Virus record (IMG/VR): IMGVR_UViG_3300012202_000039
Coordinates: 15,974 to 79,973 of that record
Strand: one strand, 5' to 3'
DNA from: a virus
Length of the DNA: 64,000 nucleotides
The notes below the pieces were generated by a model. That model was given only the letters and a program-made list of their open reading frames with translations. It did not search any database and was not told the DNA's origin. Each line of letters starts with the position of its first letter. The first letter of the stretch is position 1. A program made the translations under genes and the position numbers. Shown piece by piece: positions 26,394 to 36,975 of this stretch.

Positions 26394-29006
26394 ATGCCAC
26401 AATTTTATCTTTCTCCTGGCGTCTACAATACTGAAATAAATTTATCCCAGAGAGTGCAGGCAGCAGCATCTTCTACGGGTGCCGCAGTATTTGAATCGCA
26501 TAAAGGTGCTTTAGGCCAACAGTTCTATACTAATCGTGATGATTTTTTACGTGATTACGGTAACCCAGATCCTACTGTCAGTTTCGGTCACGATTGTGTA
26601 TTAGATTTCTTTACCCAATCTAATTCTATGTGGGTTGATCGAGTAATTAATGGATCTACTTGGGCAGGATCCTTTGTACATAATAATACAGGTGATAGTA
26701 CAGCAACCTCCACTTATTATGATAAGTTTGATATTGGTAATAATAATCAATTTGATGGTGGCACTGAACAAGATATCACCGTCTTAACTTTTAGTGGAGC
26801 TATAATAACTGCTAATAGCATTACAGGTACTGTTACTGATGGTATTGTGACTTCTCCAGTTACGATTGGCCCTACGGTTTTTGCTACGAGTAATAATGCC
26901 ACTTTAACCGCTTTTGCTACGGCTATTCAAAATGCTATTAATTCAATTAATGGTACTTACGCTGCTTTAGGTGGCGTAGCTGAAGTTATAGACACAGGAA
27001 CAGCTAATAATCGTAGTATTAGGGTTATTGCACCACAAGGAGTTATTTTAACTTTTACTGGTCTTGTGATTACTTTAGGTGCTAGCCAAGCTACTATTTC
27101 TGATCAAACCGGGGTTAAATTATTTGACGTTTTCGCGATCGGTCCTGGTACTTATGCTAATGGCGCAGTTGGGTTTAAAACTAGTGGTATAAATCAAGGT
27201 ATCCCCTCACGATATAATATATCATTTAGCGCCGCTTTAATTACGAGTAACGTATTTAGTGGAACAGTTAATGGCTTTAATATTGGATTTAATCAGGTAC
27301 TGACATTAACTTTCAGTACAACTTTAGTAACTGGTAACGTATTTAATGCTACAGTTAACGGTGTAGCTTTAACTCCGATTAATTTTACGACGGATAGCGC
27401 TACGACTATGGCAGCTATTGCCACAGCAATTCAAGCGGCTACAGTTACATTAAATCCAGGATCTACCGCTACAGTTAGCGGTAATGTAATTACTGTGACT
27501 TGTGGTCGTCCCTTATATAACGTCAATACTATTACTGGTTCTGTTGTTACTGGTGGTGCTGGACAGGCTACTGTTACCTTAGCTACCGCATCTCCTGTGC
27601 AAACTAACGTAATATTTTCTGCTAATAATAACCAAATGTTAAGTGATATTGCTACAGCTATTCAATATGCAATGGACATTAATATTAGTACAGGAGGTAG
27701 TACTGCTATAGTTAGTATACCAGGTTCATTGACTATGAACCGACAGATTAACGTAGTTACTCCTAAAGCTACTTTTGATCTGACTTTTGCTAATCTATTA
27801 GTTACTAGTGGCTCTAGTCAAGCTAGTGTGGTCGTTAGTCAGACATTAGTTCGTACTCCACCTAACGGCACTTTTCAATTTCAAGTATTTGCTAACGGTA
27901 ATGTTGTCACTCCTGTTGAATCATACGTTGTATCTATGGCAAATCAGCAGGATGGTTTTGGTAATCAACAGAATATTGCTCAGGTAATTAATCTAAGTGC
28001 TAGGGCTTCTAAATATGTACGAATTTGGCAGCCAAGTACTTCTTTAAGTTTACCTATAGTTACGGATACAGGTGGATCTATTATTTTTCTTGCAAATGGT
28101 GGTGATGGTTCAGCCGCTACTTCGTCAAATATCAATGCAGGTTGGAATACCTTTATTAACCGTGATCAAAATGAAATTCGTATTCTATTAAATTGTGGTT
28201 ACACTAACGTCGCTGTTCAGCAGAATATTGATGCTTTAGCTAATAGTCGATTTGACTGTTTTGGTATTCTTGACACACCCTCAAACTTACAGGCGACGAC
28301 TAGTGCAACTAACTATCGTCTTAATACACTAAACATCAATTCATCTTATTCTGGTATGTATAGTCCAGATTCTCAAATTGTAGATGAATTTACGGACCAA
28401 ATTAGATTTATTCCTAATTCTGGTAACGTAGGTGCTACTTTCGTCTTTACGGATACATCTCGGGCAACGTGGTTTTCTCCCGCTGGTTTAAATCGTGGTC
28501 AAATTCGTAACATTCAAGCGTTACGGGTTGATTATGAACAAGGTGATCGTGATCAACTGAGTCCTAATCAAGTTAATGCTATTATTAAGAAACGTGGTAA
28601 AGGTTTCTTTGTTTTTGATGATCAAACTCTATCTGCGGTAAAGAGTGCATTATCTAACATTAACGTTCGCCGTCTATTAATCTTTATCGAAGTTGCTATT
28701 ACCGATGCATTAGACTTCGATCTTTTTGAACCAGATGACGATTTTCTTGGATTTACTATTGTACAAATGTTGAATGATTTTCTCTTACCTATTCAACGAG
28801 GTAGAGGATTATTTGACTTTCTAGTAGTATCTGACGATACGAATAATTCAGCTTCAGATATAGATGCTGGACAGCGTAACGTTGATATTTATCTGAAGCC
28901 TACGTTAGCCGCACGAGTTATTAAAGTACGTACAGGTATAACAAAGACAGGGGCTAACTTCAGTGAATTAGTTGCTGCGGGTGGATTAGCAGCTGTCGCT
29001 GGATAA
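26394..29006 (+). CDS. tail sheath protein
   Basis: SPGVY..E N-terminus; WFSPAGLNRG, INVRRLL and VDIYLKP C-terminal motifs. Confidence 0.95.
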   Translation: MPQFYLSPGVYNTEINLSQRVQAAASSTGAAVFESHKGALGQQFYTNRDDFLRDYGNPDPTVSFGHDCVLDFFTQSNSMWVDRVINGSTWAGSFVHNNTGDSTATSTYYDKFDIGNNNQFDGGTEQDITVLTFSGAIITANSITGTVTDGIVTSPVTIGPTVFATSNNATLTAFATAIQNAINSINGTYAALGGVAEVIDTGTANNRSIRVIAPQGVILTFTGLVITLGASQATISDQTGVKLFDVFAIGPGTYANGAVGFKTSGINQGIPSRYNISFSAALITSNVFSGTVNGFNIGFNQVLTLTFSTTLVTGNVFNATVNGVALTPINFTTDSATTMAAIATAIQAATVTLNPGSTATVSGNVITVTCGRPLYNVNTITGSVVTGGAGQATVTLATASPVQTNVIFSANNNQMLSDIATAIQYAMDINISTGGSTAIVSIPGSLTMNRQINVVTPKATFDLTFANLLVTSGSSQASVVVSQTLVRTPPNGTFQFQVFANGNVVTPVESYVVSMANQQDGFGNQQNIAQVINLSARASKYVRIWQPSTSLSLPIVTDTGGSIIFLANGGDGSAATSSNINAGWNTFINRDQNEIRILLNCGYTNVAVQQNIDALANSRFDCFGILDTPSNLQATTSATNYRLNTLNINSSYSGMYSPDSQIVDEFTDQIRFIPNSGNVGATFVFTDTSRATWFSPAGLNRGQIRNIQALRVDYEQGDRDQLSPNQVNAIIKKRGKGFFVFDDQTLSAVKSALSNINVRRLLIFIEVAITDALDFDLFEPDDDFLGFTIVQMLNDFLLPIQRGRGLFDFLVVSDDTNNSASDIDAGQRNVDIYLKPTLAARVIKVRTGITKTGANFSELVAAGGLAAVAG

Positions 29007-29033
29007 AACTCATTAAAGCACAAATGTTAATCT

Positions 29034-29070
29034 AAAACAGCTACTAGGATTAATCCTAGTAGCTGTTTTT
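29034..29070. terminator. perfect 36-bp palindrome terminator
   Basis: AAAACAGCTACTAGGATT|AATCCTAGTAGCTGTTTT. Confidence 0.85.
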
Positions 29071-29127
29071 GTTTTAAACAAATATAACTAATTTAAGGTA
29101 TTAAATCTATATACAAAGGTAAGAAAT

Positions 29128-29661
29128 ATGCCACGTATTTCACTGTCTGATGTGCAATCTTTACATGATCCTATCAGTTCTGAAGCTTATGTACTACAAT
29201 TAGGCACAATTCCTAATTCTATCGGTAATGATCGAGAATTAGCAATTAAATGCTTAAATGCTAATATGCCGGGATTTTCTAATGAAGCTTTTGAAGTAAA
29301 TTTACACTCGCATGTGCGTAACGTACGTGGTCGTAAGATGTACCCACGAACACTGGCCGTGACATATATTGAAGATTCTACATTACATACAACTAACTTA
29401 TTACGTTCATGGAGTGAATTTATTGTAGGCTCGCAATCTGGTACTTCTGCGGGCGATATTGCTCAGTATTCAGTTACCGCCAATCTTCAGGTATTTAACC
29501 ACCAGGGTACGATAATTCAGGATATCAATTTCTTTCATTTCTTTATTCAGGAAGTTCCTGATGTGCAGCTTACGGGTGAATCTTCGACTTTAATGCAAAT
29601 TCCAGTTACATTTAAATATGATCATTTCTTAACTAATATTGGACCAGTTACCACAAGGTAA
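29128..29661 (+). CDS. tail tube protein (T4 gp19-like)
   Basis: 177 aa directly after sheath; LRSW, VTFKYD pattern. Confidence 0.8.
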   Translation: MPRISLSDVQSLHDPISSEAYVLQLGTIPNSIGNDRELAIKCLNANMPGFSNEAFEVNLHSHVRNVRGRKMYPRTLAVTYIEDSTLHTTNLLRSWSEFIVGSQSGTSAGDIAQYSVTANLQVFNHQGTIIQDINFFHFFIQEVPDVQLTGESSTLMQIPVTFKYDHFLTNIGPVTTR

Positions 29662-29665
29662 TTAT

Positions 29666-30559
29666 ATGAAAAGGGTATCACTTAACGACGTTCAATCTAT
29701 ACCTGATTTTGCACAAAAAGATAATTTTAATTTCGTATTAGGTAATACTCCTGGTGGAAGTACAGATAGAAAATTACACATAAAGTGTAATTCTATTACA
29801 TTTCCACCATTAGAGAATGAACCTATTATAGTAAATCTTTGGGGGCATAAAGTAAAACATCGTGGTAAATTTGTGCCTCCACAAGATATCACGGTTACTT
29901 ATTATGAAGATAATAAATATAGAACTTTAAAAGCTTTACGTTCTTGGCATAACGCTGTTGTTAATCCGGTTACTGGATCAACAGCTTATGGCAAAGTTGG
30001 CTATACTACTATAAGTGAATTAAGTTTATATGATCAAAAAGGTCATATAGGTTATGGGATAGGTTTCGTAAATATGTTTCCACAGAGGATAGAAGGTTTT
30101 GAATTAAGTGGTGACTCTTCTGGTCCTATATTAATATCAGTGAATTTTGGTTACGATTATATGGTTGAAGTTGGAAGTTTTGGTGGTATAGGTGGATTAT
30201 TAACGGGTAGTAGTGCCCTAGGTGGTGTAGTTAATACAGTTATATCTAATTTAGGTTTAAGTGCTAATGTTCTAGGTATTGATGTAGGTTTAAATCCTAA
30301 TGGATTAACATTAAATGGTGGTGGTATTGGTTTAACTGCCGGGTTAGATGGCGTAGGTATAGATACCGGTGGAGTAATTAGTAAAGCCTTTGATATTTTT
30401 GCAGGTAATGGAATATTTGGAGGTAATAATATAGGACAATCTAATGGTGCTGGTGGTATTCCTGGTGCTGGTACATTAGGAGATGATTCAGCAACTAATC
30501 CACAAGTATCGAATAATGCTCCGCAAAGTGTAATTACTTCTAATCTTGGATTAGGCTAA
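29666..30559 (+). CDS. tail tube-like protein with Gly-rich C-terminal extension
   Basis: N-terminal 170 aa paralogous to 29128 ORF (RVSLNDVQS, LRSW, VNFGYD). Confidence 0.7.
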   Translation: MKRVSLNDVQSIPDFAQKDNFNFVLGNTPGGSTDRKLHIKCNSITFPPLENEPIIVNLWGHKVKHRGKFVPPQDITVTYYEDNKYRTLKALRSWHNAVVNPVTGSTAYGKVGYTTISELSLYDQKGHIGYGIGFVNMFPQRIEGFELSGDSSGPILISVNFGYDYMVEVGSFGGIGGLLTGSSALGGVVNTVISNLGLSANVLGIDVGLNPNGLTLNGGGIGLTAGLDGVGIDTGGVISKAFDIFAGNGIFGGNNIGQSNGAGGIPGAGTLGDDSATNPQVSNNAPQSVITSNLGLG

Positions 30560-31056
30560 TGATACCCTCCCTATCACGTAATCGCGCCCAGCAATTAGCA
30601 CCACCTGCGATTGATTGGCGTTGGGTAGTTAATTTACCTAGTATACCCGGGGCTCCTAATTCAAAAAATATAGTTGTTGAAGCAATAGAATTTCCTCATT
30701 TTAGTATATCTGCTATTCCTAGGTTTAATGGAGCTTCTAATCGTCATTATCCTGGTATATCAGAAATATCCGCATTCGCTATGACATTTTATGAAGATAA
30801 TATGTTTAGTGCAACTAAATATTTATATGCTTGGAAAAGCTTAGTAGTTGATACTAATGGAATTTATGGTGTTCCAGCTGATTATAAAAAAGATCTTCGC
30901 TTAAGAATGTATGATATTCAAGACCATATAATGTTTAATGGTACATTACAAGAATGCTGGCCAACTAATATTTCTTCTTATAGTCTTAATTATAATGATT
31001 CTAATCGTTTAACTATATCAGCACAATTTGCTACAGATGGTTCTACGGTAGTTTAA
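30559..31056 (+). CDS. tail tube-like/tube initiator protein
   Basis: MTFYED..YLYAWK, CWPTNISSYSL tube-fold pattern. Confidence 0.7.
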   Translation: MIPSLSRNRAQQLAPPAIDWRWVVNLPSIPGAPNSKNIVVEAIEFPHFSISAIPRFNGASNRHYPGISEISAFAMTFYEDNMFSATKYLYAWKSLVVDTNGIYGVPADYKKDLRLRMYDIQDHIMFNGTLQECWPTNISSYSLNYNDSNRLTISAQFATDGSTVV

Positions 31057-31155
31057 TTCTGGTTCTTATCTTTGGTCTATAGCTCGTGGGTTCGAGCTTG
31101 TCATCTAGTAGTTAGCGTACATGGTTAACCCAATTTTTATTTTTAAGGAAATGTC

Positions 31156-32343
31156 ATGAATATTACTCCGGTTAAGCCTGGTTCTATTAATGCAGCTTTA
31201 GAAAAGCACACAGTATGGGAAGATGGTAACGATGGTACCATCATCTCTAATACGCAACCGCGAACTCCTTCCGCGGTGCGTATACCTGGACAACATAATA
31301 AGCAAAATATGGTCCAGCCCCCGCTAAATCCCCCTGTATCATCTAATATAACTAATCCACAATTACCAAAAGGTTCTACTATTGGAGTAGAACCTTTAGT
31401 CGTTACTGAAGAACAGCATAAACCTAAAGTAGATCATAGAGTAGAAGTAGATAATCTCGAAGATATTAAGTATGTCAAAGCACAATCTAAGAATCCTAAT
31501 AATATTCGTGAGTCTTTGCCTTCACATTGTTTACCTTATGATTTTGATGATATTGAAATAAGACAATTTAAAGCTAGAGATTTATCCAAAATATATCGTT
31601 CAGCAATAGATGAGAATTTTTCATTAATCGTTGACGCTATTGGTGCTACAGTTAATATAGATATTCGTCAATTAACTATGGGGGATTTTACATTTTTAAT
31701 GTATTGGCATCGGATTAATAGTTATCCGAAATCGCCTTACATCATCGAGTGGACTAGTCGGTATGGTAATGCAAACAAATATACAGTTAATGGCACTAAC
31801 TTAATTATTAATGAAATGAAGCTAACTCAATTAGAATTTGATACTTATTCTGGAATGGGTTTATGCTTACCTACAGTTAAAGATCTAGAAGTTCTACAAA
31901 CTATTAGATTAACTCCTGATCAACAATATATTTATAACTTAGCCCAATTTATTAAAGGTGATTCTATTAAGGAAAAAATAGAAATCTTAGATTCTTTTGA
32001 AGATTTAAGTATTCAGGAGTATATTAAGGAATTTCGTGAAAAAACTGAACATGGCGTCATTGAAACTGTTAAAGTTATTGATAATAATTTTGATTTAAAT
32101 ATTAGTATTGCTAATATACAAAAACAGCAAGATAATCAATTAATAATGTTTAAGAGTAGATTTAAACAAAATATGCAGGAGTCTGAATTAATACGACTAT
32201 TTCAGTTAAATATGACTCCACAGCAAAAAGACCTATTCGAAGAATTAGAGATTATGCGCTATCATTTAGAGCAAGGAAAGACGTATTTACCGCGGGAGGA
32301 GGAGCTAACACTCACAGTGAATGCCCTCAGCTTCTTTCCCTAG
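31156..32343 (+). CDS. tail/baseplate assembly chaperone (T4 gp26-like or gpG-equivalent)
   Basis: LPS...PY, IRQF, LTMGDF.FLMYW.RINSY; located before tape measure gene. Confidence 0.6.
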   Translation: MNITPVKPGSINAALEKHTVWEDGNDGTIISNTQPRTPSAVRIPGQHNKQNMVQPPLNPPVSSNITNPQLPKGSTIGVEPLVVTEEQHKPKVDHRVEVDNLEDIKYVKAQSKNPNNIRESLPSHCLPYDFDDIEIRQFKARDLSKIYRSAIDENFSLIVDAIGATVNIDIRQLTMGDFTFLMYWHRINSYPKSPYIIEWTSRYGNANKYTVNGTNLIINEMKLTQLEFDTYSGMGLCLPTVKDLEVLQTIRLTPDQQYIYNLAQFIKGDSIKEKIEILDSFEDLSIQEYIKEFREKTEHGVIETVKVIDNNFDLNISIANIQKQQDNQLIMFKSRFKQNMQESELIRLFQLNMTPQQKDLFEELEIMRYHLEQGKTYLPREEELTLTVNALSFFP

Positions 32344-32530
32344 TATATCTCATAAAGATCTTCTAGATCGCTGGTATTCTTTAGAAAATCAAGAAGGTCC
32401 AGGGTTAAAAATAAATCTTGATGAAATAGTAGCTGCGGATTTTCTTTATCTATACTCATTATATGAAAAAGATAAACGAGATGCTGTTTTACGTAATTAC
32501 GTAAATAAATCACAGAAAAGCATAAAATAA
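32321..32530 (+). CDS. +1 frame extension of the chaperone (gpGT-like)
   Basis: Overlaps the upstream ORF in the +1 frame across TTT-CCC-TAG; no well-spaced RBS for its own ATG. Confidence 0.6.
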   Translation: MPSASFPSISHKDLLDRWYSLENQEGPGLKINLDEIVAADFLYLYSLYEKDKRDAVLRNYVNKSQKSIK

Positions 32531-32532
32531 AG

Positions 32533-35500
32533 GTGTTACAAATGGTTCAGCCCATTCATGCTTCTCTAGCTAAAGACATCCTTGGTAGTGGCGGCTCCAA
32601 TGTGCCGGGGCGCGATCTCCGTATGGAGATCGATAATAAAAAGCACGCTATTAGGGGCATGAATGCAGCTAATCAAAATAGTCTTGCTTTAGTGGCATCT
32701 AACTCTAAAATAATTGCAGCTATTAATAATGGCGGTAAGACTGCTTCGTTATTAGCATCTGGATTAAAGTTCGAACAAGGACAGTTAGCCCAATTAAAGT
32801 TGATATCATCACAGGGGGAGCGGGAATATAAGAAGATTTCTCCCGCTCTCCAAAAACAATTTGATATGGAAACTAAGTTTGATCAGATAACCCGATTTAA
32901 AGTACTAGAAAAGCCATATTACGTCAATAACTTATTGCAGTTTAAACAGTGGAAATTAGATGTTAAAAATGCCGTATTAGAGAAACAATATCGGCATATG
33001 GTCGATAAAAAACAATTGGATATACTAGGTATTATAGCCGAGAAAATCGGTTTAGTTAAACACGGGAAATCTAGTAATCCTTTAGATATTGTATTAGGTG
33101 CTTTTGCTGGTGCAGCTAAGATAGCCTACAGAGGATTAGCTATTGGCGTCGGTGCTTTAATTAAAAATATTATGTCAGGTGAAAGTATTAAATCCGGCAT
33201 AGGTGGATTAGGTACAGCTTTAGGTGCTGTCGGTGGATTTTTACTAAAGGGTGGACCCTTAGGTATCTTAATAAAAGGTATAGCTATTTTAGGTACATCA
33301 TTTGCTGCGTCTAAATTTGGCTCGTTACTAACTGAAGAAAATTTTCAATTAGTAGCAGATAAAGCAGTTAGTGGAGCTAATAAAATATATGATATAGTAT
33401 CTGATTTCGCAACAAGTATAGATGTTAAAGGTTTATTAGATAGTGGTAGTAAACGTATATCAGAAATATATGATAGTGCTAAAATAACTATTAACGAACA
33501 AATAGACGCTTATCAGAGAGTTGGATTTCAACAGTATATAACTAATATTTGGGACAATAATAAATACCTGTTAGACTATGCTGGCAAGAAGATAAGTGAT
33601 CTATATGATGGAGCTAATAAATTTATAGATGGGCAAGTTAATACCTATACAGCAGCAGGTAGTTTTCAAGGTTATATTACTAATATATTTGATTCCACCG
33701 TATTAGCTTTGAGTGGTGCCTTATCTAGTATTAGTAATTATTTAGGTGGTACCGAATTTGCTAATAAAATAAAAGAAAATATGACGGCAGAGAATATTAA
33801 AACACTAACTACTATAGCCTACGACTCCTCTATAAATATGCTTAAATCGGGATTAATGACAGTATCTAACTTTGTATCCGGCCCTTCTGCTACTCCCGAT
33901 CAAGATAAATCTAAATCAATAGGAAGTTTAGTTTTAAGTACAGCTTTAGACTTATCCTGGACAGCAATTAAATTTGCTTTTAGTACTATCGGTTCAGGTT
34001 TATTATCTATAGGACAATATGCAGCAGATAAGTTAAGTGGTGTACCTATTGTAATAGGTGCATTGGCACCTATATTAGAGCCTATTTCACAAGTATTTAA
34101 ATATATAGGTGGTAGTTTAACGATATTAAAAGATAATATTTACATCTATGCTAATAGTTTTAGAACTTTTGAACAAAGTTTTAGAACTATGCAAGAAATA
34201 GTAAATCCGGTTACAGGTACAATTGAATTAGTAGCAAAAAATATAGAAACTACAGGATTTTTTGCATCTAAAACTATGAGTTTATTTCAGGTTATAGGGG
34301 ATGCAGTTAGACCTTTTGAAGGTGCTTTTAAACTCATAGGTAGTGCTGGAGAATTATTAGGTAAAATAGCTTGGCCGCTTCAAGTGGTTTTTAGTATATT
34401 TGATTTTTTCAGTGGATTTAATAATGCTGCGGATAATTTACATATAGATAAAGACAAAATTACTACTATGCAAAAGATTGGTGGCGGTATTGGCGGTATT
34501 ATTAGTGGTTTATTAGACTTTCCAATTAAAGCAATAAATTGGTTGGGTCAAGGTCTGTTTGGCGATAGTTTTGAAATAACTAGTGGCCAGGATATCGGTA
34601 ATGCAGTTGGAGGTTGGCTAGCAAAACTATTCACACCTAATCAGAAATTCCCCAATATAATGGGGACTTTAGTAGAAGGTTTATATTTTTTACCAATAAC
34701 TGCTGTTAATTGGCTAGGTAAAAAGCTATTCGGTGATAGTTTCTCTATAGGAAGTCCAGAAGAATTGGGTGCAGCTGTAGCTAAATCCGTAGAAAATGCA
34801 TTTAGTTTTGTATCCGATACGATCAGTTTATTTGAAAAAATGGCTAATGAGATAGGTAATTTCTTTGTAAAATTATACCATAAAGCTACCGATTGGATTC
34901 CGACATTTAAAGTATTTAGTGAATTACCTCCTGAACAAAATAAAGCTATAATGGAAGGTGCCTCTCAATTAGGCATAGGTTCTAATTTTATTCCCCCTCA
35001 AGCTAAAGGTGGAGCTTTTTCAGGTAACGTTATTCCTTTCGCTGATGGTGGTATTGTAAGCGGACCTACTAACTTCGGTATTGGTGGAACTAATGCTACA
35101 GGATTAGTGGGGGAAGCTGGTCCTGAAGCTATTATGCCCTTACAGCGTGATATTAAAGGACGTATGGGCGTATCAGTAGCAGATTTTTATAAATTCAAAG
35201 ATAAAGCTATCATTATCGGTAATGCGGCTATAGATGCCGGACAATCTACTATACAAGGGATACAAAATAATACTAATCCCTTGATGAATAAAATGACTAA
35301 TACTGCTTCTAGTATAGGTTCTTCAGTATCTAATACTTGGCATGATGCTTCTGGAAGAGTCTCAGATTTTATTCAGAAAATTCTTCCTGGTGCTCAAGAA
35401 GCTTCTAAACAAACGGGTATTCCTGTAGAAGCTATTATAGGTCAGGCTGGATTAGAGACAGGTTGGGGTAAATCCGCACCGGGTAATAATCTTTTTGGTA

Positions 35501-36282
35501 TTAAAGCAGATAGTAGTTGGACGGGTAAAACTCAGACCTTGCCAACAAGGGAAGTGATAAATGGTCAATCCCAGATGGTTGATCAGGTATTTAGAGCCTA
35601 TGATGATATAAGTGATAGTATTAAAGATCACGTCAAATTTTTACAAGATAATAGTAGGTATACAAAAGCTGGCGTATTTGATGCTAAAACACCGGAAGCT
35701 TACGGTGTAGCTTTACAAAAAGCTGGATATGCTACAGATCCTAATTATGGTTCTGCCGTTGCTGGTGCTGCTAATACAGTTAGAAATAGTCTTGGCACTG
35801 CGGGGACTTACGTAGCCAATACGGCATCTAATGTAGCTTCTAGTGTAGGTTCAGGATTTAATAAGGTTAAAGAATCTGTCGAAGGTTCCGATCATAAAGC
35901 TATTATTGGTAATGCTTTAGGTGCTTTAGGTGTACCTCAGTCAGGTATAGATAGAATTATTGCTACCGCAGAAAATCAGACTAAAGGTATTTTTACTGCG
36001 GCACCATTATCTGCCGCATTCGAGCATGGGCACGCTAATGGAATATTAGGTCAGGAATCTCCTTCCTCTTATATGCAGATACCAGCACCTGATAGAACTC
36101 AGTATATACCACCTAACCGTATTCCATCTGATGATACTCCTAATGAGCACATAATAAAGCCAAATGATAAACAAAGTTATAATTTTCCTCCGGTTAGCAC
36201 TACGCCGACGATAGATTCCATTCCTATTATTATTGATAACATGGGATTAATCTTAATTAATTCTCGCCTACTAGATGCTTAA
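32533..36282 (+). CDS. tape measure protein with GH73 (FlgJ-like) peptidoglycan hydrolase domain
   Basis: Amphipathic helical body; FADGG..GEAGPEAIMPL; QAGLETGWG..NNLFGIKA..FRAY..GYATDPNY. Confidence 0.85.
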   Translation: MLQMVQPIHASLAKDILGSGGSNVPGRDLRMEIDNKKHAIRGMNAANQNSLALVASNSKIIAAINNGGKTASLLASGLKFEQGQLAQLKLISSQGEREYKKISPALQKQFDMETKFDQITRFKVLEKPYYVNNLLQFKQWKLDVKNAVLEKQYRHMVDKKQLDILGIIAEKIGLVKHGKSSNPLDIVLGAFAGAAKIAYRGLAIGVGALIKNIMSGESIKSGIGGLGTALGAVGGFLLKGGPLGILIKGIAILGTSFAASKFGSLLTEENFQLVADKAVSGANKIYDIVSDFATSIDVKGLLDSGSKRISEIYDSAKITINEQIDAYQRVGFQQYITNIWDNNKYLLDYAGKKISDLYDGANKFIDGQVNTYTAAGSFQGYITNIFDSTVLALSGALSSISNYLGGTEFANKIKENMTAENIKTLTTIAYDSSINMLKSGLMTVSNFVSGPSATPDQDKSKSIGSLVLSTALDLSWTAIKFAFSTIGSGLLSIGQYAADKLSGVPIVIGALAPILEPISQVFKYIGGSLTILKDNIYIYANSFRTFEQSFRTMQEIVNPVTGTIELVAKNIETTGFFASKTMSLFQVIGDAVRPFEGAFKLIGSAGELLGKIAWPLQVVFSIFDFFSGFNNAADNLHIDKDKITTMQKIGGGIGGIISGLLDFPIKAINWLGQGLFGDSFEITSGQDIGNAVGGWLAKLFTPNQKFPNIMGTLVEGLYFLPITAVNWLGKKLFGDSFSIGSPEELGAAVAKSVENAFSFVSDTISLFEKMANEIGNFFVKLYHKATDWIPTFKVFSELPPEQNKAIMEGASQLGIGSNFIPPQAKGGAFSGNVIPFADGGIVSGPTNFGIGGTNATGLVGEAGPEAIMPLQRDIKGRMGVSVADFYKFKDKAIIIGNAAIDAGQSTIQGIQNNTNPLMNKMTNTASSIGSSVSNTWHDASGRVSDFIQKILPGAQEASKQTGIPVEAIIGQAGLETGWGKSAPGNNLFGIKADSSWTGKTQTLPTREVINGQSQMVDQVFRAYDDISDSIKDHVKFLQDNSRYTKAGVFDAKTPEAYGVALQKAGYATDPNYGSAVAGAANTVRNSLGTAGTYVANTASNVASSVGSGFNKVKESVEGSDHKAIIGNALGALGVPQSGIDRIIATAENQTKGIFTAAPLSAAFEHGHANGILGQESPSSYMQIPAPDRTQYIPPNRIPSDDTPNEHIIKPNDKQSYNFPPVSTTPTIDSIPIIIDNMGLILINSRLLDA

Positions 36283-36294
36283 AGGATTTTAATA

Positions 36295-36975
36295 ATGGCT
36301 TTAAGTAAGAATCCTAATTATCTATTAGCTATAACTCAACAAGATACAGGAATTAGTATTAGGGCAAATTTACCTGAAAATTTCGTGATTTCTACAGGAT
36401 CACAATGGGAATCACGCATGGCTAACTTATCTAGTGTTAAAAATTTAATAGAAAATAACGCACCCGGAGCAACTAAATTGTTAGCTAGCGGAGCATTATT
36501 TGCAACCAATTTTGATCCTATTATTCAATCTTTAACTTTTCAAAGTTGGCAAAGTAGTGCACCTATAGAATTTAATATGAGTATACAATTTGATGCTCAA
36601 ACTGACCCTAAAGAAGATATTATTAAACCAATGGCCATGCTACAAGCTATGTCCTTACCCTATATAACTGGCGATGGTAGTGCAGGGATATTATTACCTC
36701 CTGGACCTTCTCCAGCTTTTCCTAATCGTGCAAGAATTAGTGTAAGATTAGGAAGAATGATGTATATTCATAGTGTTGTATTAAAATCTGTTACTAACTC
36801 TGTTGATACAAGATTCGATAAAAATGGTCAACCCATTTCAGGCCAATCGGAAATAACTTTCGCCACAATTAATACTCCATCGTCGCAAGATGTAACTACA
36901 TTTTATAGTGCTATAGCTGGAGAAAATACTGCCTATGGTACTCGTAGTGGTCTAATACCTGGAGTAGCTCGATGA
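36295..36975 (+). CDS. baseplate/tube initiation protein (probable)
   Basis: Follows TMP; tube-like beta pattern. Confidence 0.5.
   Translation: MALSKNPNYLLAITQQDTGISIRANLPENFVISTGSQWESRMANLSSVKNLIENNAPGATKLLASGALFATNFDPIIQSLTFQSWQSSAPIEFNMSIQFDAQTDPKEDIIKPMAMLQAMSLPYITGDGSAGILLPPGPSPAFPNRARISVRLGRMMYIHSVVLKSVTNSVDTRFDKNGQPISGQSEITFATINTPSSQDVTTFYSAIAGENTAYGTRSGLIPGVAR

Noticed and set aside
31057-31135. tRNA-like look (GGTCTATAGCTC...GGTTCGAGC) in the intergenic region
   Set aside because: Only a short AGCTCG/CGAGCT hairpin; I could not form an anticodon arm, T-arm or acceptor stem
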